64,000 nucleotides of DNA, taken from positions 111,916-175,915 of the forward strand of contig JAGOBM010000001.1 of the NCBI GenBank assembly GCA_017983435.1, in the 5' to 3' direction. Shown one piece after another: positions 58,378-64,000 of this stretch (the first letter of the stretch is position 1; each line of letters starts with the position of its first letter). The position numbers and the translations under genes were made by a program. This DNA comes from Candidatus Moraniibacteriota bacterium. Its GTDB lineage: Bacteria; Patescibacteriota; Minisyncoccia; Moranbacterales; UBA1568. The notes under the pieces are model-generated. The model was not told the origin of the DNA. It did not search any database and saw only the letters and a program-made list of their open reading frames with translations.

Positions 58378-58476
58378 TGAAAAAATCCTGGGGTGCGAGA
58401 AATTTTTTTCTTGCTGTACGCGCTCGGAAGCGTAGTGCATCGAAAAAATCTTTCTCGCACCCCAGGCTTTTTTCGA
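58378..58476 (-). repeat. F3 hairpin repeat element copy c (reverse orientation, different outer stem)
   Basis: gaaaaaatcctggggtgcgagaaa-ttttttt-[cttgctgtacgcgctcggaagcgtagtgcatc]-gaaaaaa-tctttctcgcaccccaggcttttttcg; loop is the reverse complement of the F3 core; outer stem differs from copies a/b but still pairs. Confidence 0.8.
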
Positions 58477-58529
58477 GATACCGATATTTGTTATGAAAAC
58501 CGTGCTGGACATGATAGTATAGGGACATT

Positions 58530-58958
58530 ATGGAAAAGATTATTCTCTATACGGACGGCGGCTCTCGGGGAAATCCCGGACCGTCGGCTCTCGGCGTGTA
58601 TATCGAGACCCTGGATAAGCGGTATGGGGAGTTTTTGGGTACGAAGACCAACAATGAAGCCGAGTATGCGGCTATCGTTTCGGCGCTGAAGAAAGTGAAA
58701 TCTCTCCTCGGCAAAGAGCGGGCCAAAAAGACCGGAGTCGAAGTGCGCATGGATAGCGAGCTGGCCTGCCGGCAGCTCAAGCACGAATACAAGATCGAAA
58801 ACGAGAAGCTGCAGCCGTTGTTCCTCTCGGTATGGAATCTGATGCTCGATTTCGGCAAGGTCGAGTTCGTCCATGTGCCGCGTGAACGCAATCAGGTAGC
58901 GGATGCGGAAGCGAACAAGGCGATGGATGCGGTGATGAAGCAGCCAGGATTGCTCTAA
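58530..58958 (+). CDS. rnhA: ribonuclease HI
   Basis: YTDGGSRGNPGPSALGV, TNNEAEYAAIV, VPRERNQVADAEAN: RNase H catalytic DEDD-type motifs. Confidence 0.8.
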   Translation: MEKIILYTDGGSRGNPGPSALGVYIETLDKRYGEFLGTKTNNEAEYAAIVSALKKVKSLLGKERAKKTGVEVRMDSELACRQLKHEYKIENEKLQPLFLSVWNLMLDFGKVEFVHVPRERNQVADAEANKAMDAVMKQPGLL

Positions 58959-58984
58959 AGGAAGACGAAAATAAGACACACGAT

Positions 58985-59980
58985 ATGTTTTTAGGTAAGA
59001 AAAAATGGCTGCTGGCAGTCCTGGTAGTGGCGGGGATTGGCGGGTGGTACTGGTGGAGTCATCGGACGCCAGCAGCTCTCTGGACGACCGAGACGATCGG
59101 CCGAAGCGACGTATTGGAGACTGTTTCGGTGGTTGGTACGCTTCGTCCGACCACATACGCCGATATCTCCTTCTTGTCTCTGGGAACGATCGAGAAGATT
59201 TTCTTCGAAGAGGGGGAATCGGTGCGGGCTGGCGATGTGATCGCGGTGCTCGATACCGCGGTGCTGCAATCCGAGCTCAGAAAGACTCAGGTGGCACTGT
59301 CTATCGCCGAAGAGAACGAAAAGCTCGCACATCGCAGCTGGGATGATCTCAAACCGGAAGAGCGCGCTGTGAAGAAGCTGACGACGAAGCAGGCACGGGA
59401 GAGCGTGCGGACGGTAGCCGCGCAGATCGACCAGAGCCGGGTCATCGCGCCGATGGATGGCGTGTTGTCGAAGCTTGATGTGCGTGTCGGAGAGACGATA
59501 CTGGCTGGGAAATTGATCGGTCGTATTTCTGGTCCGGGAGCCGCTATTATCGAGGCGGATGTGCCGGAGGCGGATATCGCGTCAGTCGCGGTCGGCAAGC
59601 CGGCCTCGATTACGTTTGATGCTTTGTCGGCTGATGATGTCTTCGAAGCGACGGTCGCATCGATCGATAAGGCGGCCAATGTCATCCAGGACGTCATCTA
59701 CTATACGATTACGTTGTCGCTCGAAAGCCAGGATGACCGTCTCAAAGAAGGAATGAGTGCTGATATCGATATCCGTATCTCCGAGCGCACACAGGTACTC
59801 TCCATACCGTATCGGGCTCTTATCCGGGATGGAAGCCGATCTTTTGTGGAAATCGCCTTGAATGATACCGAATCGGAGCGTCGTCAGGTCACCATCGGGG
59901 TAGAGGGGGATGATGGGACGATCGAGGTGCTCTCGGGGGTAACCGAAGGTGAACGGGTGATTGTCGGTAAGAGTAAATAG
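58985..59980 (+). CDS. efflux transporter periplasmic adaptor subunit (HlyD/MFP family)
   Basis: N-terminal TM/signal anchor, biotinyl-lipoyl-like hairpin (GDVIAVLD...), coiled-coil, beta-barrel (VIAPMDGVLSKLDVRVGETI). Confidence 0.65.
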   Translation: MFLGKKKWLLAVLVVAGIGGWYWWSHRTPAALWTTETIGRSDVLETVSVVGTLRPTTYADISFLSLGTIEKIFFEEGESVRAGDVIAVLDTAVLQSELRKTQVALSIAEENEKLAHRSWDDLKPEERAVKKLTTKQARESVRTVAAQIDQSRVIAPMDGVLSKLDVRVGETILAGKLIGRISGPGAAIIEADVPEADIASVAVGKPASITFDALSADDVFEATVASIDKAANVIQDVIYYTITLSLESQDDRLKEGMSADIDIRISERTQVLSIPYRALIRDGSRSFVEIALNDTESERRQVTIGVEGDDGTIEVLSGVTEGERVIVGKSK

Positions 59981-60005
59981 CGTATTATACGGAACATTTT
60001 GTCTT

Positions 60006-60632
60006 ATGGAATACTTCGGCGTCGATCTCGTTGCGCTCATTCAGACGGTCGGTCTTATCGGACTCTTTCTCATCGTATTTGCTGAGACGGGTTTGTTCTT
60101 GGGATTCTTTTTTCCGGGGGATAGCCTGCTGTTTGTGGCTGGCTTGCTCGCGGCGCAGGGATTCTTTTCTCCTGAAGCCCTGATCGCCACGATTGCGGTA
60201 GCGGCTATCACCGGCAATATGGCCGGTTACTGGTTCGGTGAGAAAGTCGGCCCGAAACTGTTTGACCGTGAAGATTCGCTGCTGTTCAGGAAACAGCACG
60301 TCTATCGGGCACAGGCTTTTTATGAGGAGCACGGCGCCAAGACAATCGCTCTGGCCCGGTTCATCCCGATAGTCCGGACTTTCGCTCCGATTGTGGCGGG
60401 AGTGGCCAAGATGCGCTATCGGACGTTTCTTGCCTACAATATCATCGGCGGACTGGTGTGGACGGTCGGGCTGGTGCTCGGAGGATACCTGTTCGGCAAT
60501 CTGATCAGCGACGTCGATCGGTACTTGTTGCCAGTGATTCTGGCTATTATCGTGGTATCGTTTATGCCCGCCGTGTGGCATGTCATGAAAGAGCGTCGGG
60601 GTGAGAAAGCGCCGAAATCCGGGGGGCAGTAG
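60006..60632 (+). CDS. DedA/VTT-family membrane protein (second paralog)
   Basis: LFLIVFAETGLFLGFFFPGDSLLFVAG DedA signature; 208 aa. Confidence 0.6.
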   Translation: MEYFGVDLVALIQTVGLIGLFLIVFAETGLFLGFFFPGDSLLFVAGLLAAQGFFSPEALIATIAVAAITGNMAGYWFGEKVGPKLFDREDSLLFRKQHVYRAQAFYEEHGAKTIALARFIPIVRTFAPIVAGVAKMRYRTFLAYNIIGGLVWTVGLVLGGYLFGNLISDVDRYLLPVILAIIVVSFMPAVWHVMKERRGEKAPKSGGQ

Positions 60633-60745
60633 GGCTATTTTCGGTCGGTTCGGCATTTTTGACAAAAAAAACGGGAGGTGTAAGATAATCTGGTATCCGA
60701 GAGGGAGATATCGGTCGTTTTTCTTTGTGAATGATTTGGTAGTAG

Positions 60746-61300
60746 ATGCCTATGTTTCAGATGCTGAATAAGATCCGCAAGACCCCACGTCTGGCGATAG
60801 CTCCGGAAGAATTGGATCAGATACCGGTAGAGACCCTCGGCCTCGAAGTATCCTCGTCGGTCAAGAAGCTGTTCCATGGATCGTTTGCGATCCGTTCGGT
60901 CGCGGCCGGATCATCCAATGCCGAGGAACAGGAGTTGACAGCGCTTTCAAACGCCTATTATGATATCGAGCGCTTCGGTATCCGTTTCGTCGCTTCGCCG
61001 CGGCATGCGGATGCTTTGTTCGTGTCTGGTCCGGTATCGCGCAATATGGTACAGGGTCTCCGGCATACGTATGAGGCGATGCCGACACCGCGATTGGTCG
61101 TGGCCCTCGGCGATGGCGCCATCGATGGGAGCGTGTTCAAGGATTCATACGCCGTCATGAACGCTGTGGAAGAAGTCGTACCGGTCGATTGGAAGATTCC
61201 AGGAGATCCTCCGTCTCCTCGGCAGATACTCGCTTCGCTTCTCCGGATGTTTCGGGCGATGGAAGAGGGTCAGATATCCGTTGATAGCGAGAAGCGTTGA
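60746..61300 (+). CDS. NuoB/hydrogenase-small-subunit homolog lacking all four [4Fe-4S]-ligand cysteines (Ehr-type)
   Basis: Aligns to the NuoB core (E. coli SPRQADLMVVAGT...ISMGACANSGG...IPGCPP) but reads SPRHADALFVSGP...VALGDGAIDGS...IPGDPP, and CCxxE is replaced by AGSSNAEE. Confidence 0.6.
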   Translation: MPMFQMLNKIRKTPRLAIAPEELDQIPVETLGLEVSSSVKKLFHGSFAIRSVAAGSSNAEEQELTALSNAYYDIERFGIRFVASPRHADALFVSGPVSRNMVQGLRHTYEAMPTPRLVVALGDGAIDGSVFKDSYAVMNAVEEVVPVDWKIPGDPPSPRQILASLLRMFRAMEEGQISVDSEKR

Positions 61301-61306
61301 TAGCCT

Positions 61307-63370
61307 ATGGAAACTCTTTTTCAGATAGAAACCTTGCAGATCATCATCGCCATCTATCTCGGGTCGGCGGCTTTGTCGCTCTTGGCCGGCTGGCAGCTGC
61401 GCGATGGTGGACGTGGAGCGAATCTTGTGGCGCATGGTGGCGCTTTTCTCGCCTCGGCGCTCCTGGTCGCATTCGCGGCGGGCGTGTTCCTCGACGGTGA
61501 AGGGAAGTCACTTACCTATCCTCTTCCGTTTCCGGGTGTCGAGTTCTCATTCCGCATCGACGGGCTGTCCGCCTTTTTTCTTGGTCTGATCGGTACTATC
61601 GCCGCGCTGGCTTCGCTCTTCGGTATCTCCTATCAGAAGCATTTCATCGGCAAGTACGCGCTCGGTCCTTTCGGTTTTTTCTACAATCTGTTCCTGCTTG
61701 GCATGGTGCTGACTATTTCGGCGAATCACGGATTGTTCTTCCTCTTTGCGTGGGAGCTCATGTCACTCGCCTCGTATTTCTTGGTCGTCTTCGATCGGAA
61801 TGAGACTCGCAATGTACGGGCCGGATTCTTGTATCTGCTCATGACGCAGCTCGGGACGATCTTCGTCGCGCTCGCGCTCTTCCTCGCCTACCAGTCGACC
61901 GGCTCTTTTGATTTCGATATGTGGCGCGCCCAGGGTATGACGCTTTCGGTCTTCTGGCAGAGCGTGATGTATGCCGCGGTGCTTATCGGTTTCGGGACCA
62001 AAGCGGGCATCATCCCGCTGCATATCTGGCTGCCGGAAGCGCATCCGGCCACTCCGTCGCATGTCTCAGCACTCATGTCGGGTGTGATGATTAAGACAGC
62101 GATATTCATGATCATCCGTTTCTTTTTCGATTTTTTCCCAGGCGCGCCGCTTGAGTGGGGGCTGGTCATACTCGTGCTCGGAGCGATCTCATCACTCTTG
62201 GGTGTCCTCTACGCACTTTCTGAAAACGATATTAAACGTCTTTTAGCCTACTCGAGCATCGAAAATATCGGTATCATCCTGCTTGGTGTCGGTTCGGCGC
62301 TGGTCTTCATGAATTACGGCCTGCAGGATTTCTTCGTCTTCGCTCTCGCCGCCGCGCTGTTTCATACCGTCAATCATGCGTTCTTCAAGTCGCTGCTCTT
62401 CTTGGCAGCCGGATCCGTCGTCTCGGCGACCGGCACGCGCAATATGGAGGCCTACGGCGGACTTATCCGTGTGCTCCCGTATTCAGCCTTCTTCTTCTTG
62501 ATCGGTTCGATGGCTATCTCGGCGTTCCCGCCGTTCAACGGATTCGCGAGTGAATGGCTGATTTTCCAGTCGTTGTTCGTCGGTATCGCCGCTTCCAGCC
62601 TGCTCGTGAAACTGACTTTCCTGGCGAGTATCGCCAGCCTGGCGTTTACCGGGGGATTGGCGATGGCGTGTTTCGCCAAGGTTTTCGGTGTGACCTTTCT
62701 CGGCCGCCCGCGCGAGCTCGAAGCGGAGGTACTGGCTCATCGCGAGAAGAAATCCTGGCTGACGCACCTGCCGATGGCCGTGCTCGCCCTACTCACCCTC
62801 GTGCTCGGTATCGGCGCACCGCTCGTCGTGTCCTTCCTGGTCGGTATCATCGCCAGCCTGGTCTTCGGCGGCGGGACCGATCTGGTCTTCCCGTATCTCC
62901 GTTTCATAGGGATGAGCGAGAATTTCTCCGGTATTCTGCCGGTGCATGGGACCGCGATCGCTCTCTTGGTCTTCATCGCGGTGCTCGGTGCGGTCGTCGG
63001 TTGGCTGACTCGCAAGCGTACGGTTGTCATCGCTCCGACCTGGGATTGCGGTATGCCGCTCTCCGGGAAGATGCAGATCACGTCGACGAGCTTCTCTCGT
63101 TCGCTCATGACGATATTCAGCGGCATCCTGCGTCCGACCAAGCAGACGGCTATCGAATACAGCGACGCCGAGACACGATATTTCACTTCGATGCACAGCG
63201 TCAAGACGGATTTCTTCGATGTCTATCGGCACTATATCTTCCAGCCGGTGGCGCGGGCACTCGGATTCCTGTCTGATCGCGCGAAACAAGTCCAGGGCGG
63301 CAATGTGAATGTCTACATGTTCTATGTCTTCGTGACGCTCGTGGTACTGCTTATCCTTACGGCGCGCTAA
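61307..63370 (+). CDS. HyfB/NuoL/MrpA-like proton-translocating antiporter subunit
   Basis: 687 aa, ~16 TM; HIWLPEAHPATPSHVSALMSGVMIKTAIFMIIRF antiporter motif. Confidence 0.75.
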   Translation: METLFQIETLQIIIAIYLGSAALSLLAGWQLRDGGRGANLVAHGGAFLASALLVAFAAGVFLDGEGKSLTYPLPFPGVEFSFRIDGLSAFFLGLIGTIAALASLFGISYQKHFIGKYALGPFGFFYNLFLLGMVLTISANHGLFFLFAWELMSLASYFLVVFDRNETRNVRAGFLYLLMTQLGTIFVALALFLAYQSTGSFDFDMWRAQGMTLSVFWQSVMYAAVLIGFGTKAGIIPLHIWLPEAHPATPSHVSALMSGVMIKTAIFMIIRFFFDFFPGAPLEWGLVILVLGAISSLLGVLYALSENDIKRLLAYSSIENIGIILLGVGSALVFMNYGLQDFFVFALAAALFHTVNHAFFKSLLFLAAGSVVSATGTRNMEAYGGLIRVLPYSAFFFLIGSMAISAFPPFNGFASEWLIFQSLFVGIAASSLLVKLTFLASIASLAFTGGLAMACFAKVFGVTFLGRPRELEAEVLAHREKKSWLTHLPMAVLALLTLVLGIGAPLVVSFLVGIIASLVFGGGTDLVFPYLRFIGMSENFSGILPVHGTAIALLVFIAVLGAVVGWLTRKRTVVIAPTWDCGMPLSGKMQITSTSFSRSLMTIFSGILRPTKQTAIEYSDAETRYFTSMHSVKTDFFDVYRHYIFQPVARALGFLSDRAKQVQGGNVNVYMFYVFVTLVVLLILTAR

Positions 63371-63374
63371 TCCT

Positions 63375-64000
63375 ATGAATACCCTTTTCTTCATTCTCCA
63401 GCTCATAGCGGTCCCGGCGCTCTCACCGCTCCTGATCGGCGTGATCCGCAAGGTCAAAGCGGTCCTGCAGAACCGGGTCGGCGCGGATGTACTGCAGCCG
63501 TATCGGGATCTGTGGAAGCTCTTCCAGAAAGACGAAGTGATCTCGAGCGAGGCTTCGTGGGTGACCCGGTATTTCCCGATCGTCATCTTTTCGATCACCG
63601 TCCTCATCGGGGCTGCCGTGCCGCTCATCACATCGCTCCCGACGGAGATCGCTCTCGGGGAGTGGATCTTCACGCTGGCACCAGTCTCTGATTTCATCGT
63701 CATCGTCTACTTGTTCGCTCTCTCGACCTTTCTCCTCGTCCTCATCGGTATGGACCAGGGGAGCGCGTTTGGCGGATTCGGCTCGAGCCGCGAGATGATG
63801 GTCTCGGCGCTGGCCGAAGGCGGATTGTTCTTCTCGCTCCTCACCGTATCGATCGCCGCGCAGACGGGGAGTGTGACGGAGATGGTCGCCGGGCTGGGCT
63901 CGCTGCCGCTGCCGGTGCTCCTGCCGCTTCTGATCGCTTTCATCGGATTCTTCCTGGTGCTCTTGGCCGAAAACGCCCGTTTCCCGTTTGATAATCCGGC
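63375..64000 (+). CDS. HyfC/HycD/NuoH-like membrane subunit (partial, continues past window end)
   Basis: LLIGVIRKVKAVLQNRVGADVLQPYRDLWKLFQKDEV...: formate-hydrogenlyase subunit 4 / NuoH N-terminal signature. Confidence 0.65.
   Translation, partial: MNTLFFILQLIAVPALSPLLIGVIRKVKAVLQNRVGADVLQPYRDLWKLFQKDEVISSEASWVTRYFPIVIFSITVLIGAAVPLITSLPTEIALGEWIFTLAPVSDFIVIVYLFALSTFLLVLIGMDQGSAFGGFGSSREMMVSALAEGGLFFSLLTVSIAAQTGSVTEMVAGLGSLPLPVLLPLLIAFIGFFLVLLAENARFPFDNP

Noticed and set aside
2817-58476. CRISPR array interpretation of the repeated elements
   Set aside because: Copies are dispersed (kb apart), appear in both orientations, are internally palindromic and lack regular repeat-spacer periodicity.
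62789-63703. 304-aa minus-strand ORF antisense to the HyfB-like gene
   Set aside because: The + strand protein is a clear polytopic antiporter subunit; the antisense ORF is Arg/Asp-rich.

Overview
High-GC (~58%) bacterial window with a compact genome and almost complete + strand co-orientation. Gene content and architecture (short UvrC, pilus/competence genes, a reduced dcw cluster, a cysteine-less NuoB homolog) are consistent with a Patescibacteria/CPR-like organism. Recognisable content runs in this order: uvrB 3' end; an MGMT-like alkyltransferase; a YdjC-like deacetylase; uvrA; DedA; a YgjP-like metallohydrolase; uvrC flanked by a second uvrA paralog; a type IV pilus / competence block (pilC, three prepilin-like genes, pilM, pilN, pilO-like); rlmN; a miaB-like gene; xth; rarA; bcp; a short dcw cluster (mraZ-rsmH-ftsL-ftsI-murF); a KH-domain protein; a dTDP-rhamnose pathway (rfbC, rfbB, rfbD, rfbA) interleaved with glyA and an atypical hypothetical gene; galU; a GT4 glycosyltransferase; a DUF4012-like protein; murJ; lepA; trxA; yjbQ; pcm; mltG; dnaJ; an orphan response regulator; recJ; rnhA; an HlyD-family adaptor; DedA. 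At the 3' edge sits the start of an energy-converting-hydrogenase-related (Ehr-like) membrane module: a NuoB-like protein with all four Fe-S cysteines replaced, plus HyfB/NuoL-like and HyfC/NuoH-like subunits. The most striking unexplained signal is a superfamily of intergenic hairpin repeat elements. It comprises 10 full and 2 partial copies of an ~85-nt family F1, 3 copies of a related ~100-nt family F3, and 2 copies of a ~200-nt palindromic family F2. All share one architecture: variable outer inverted repeat, T/A-run, conserved ~30-nt GC-rich apical core, A/T-run, outer repeat complement. They sit at essentially every operon boundary and often stack with intrinsic terminators. No tRNA, rRNA or CRISPR array was seen.
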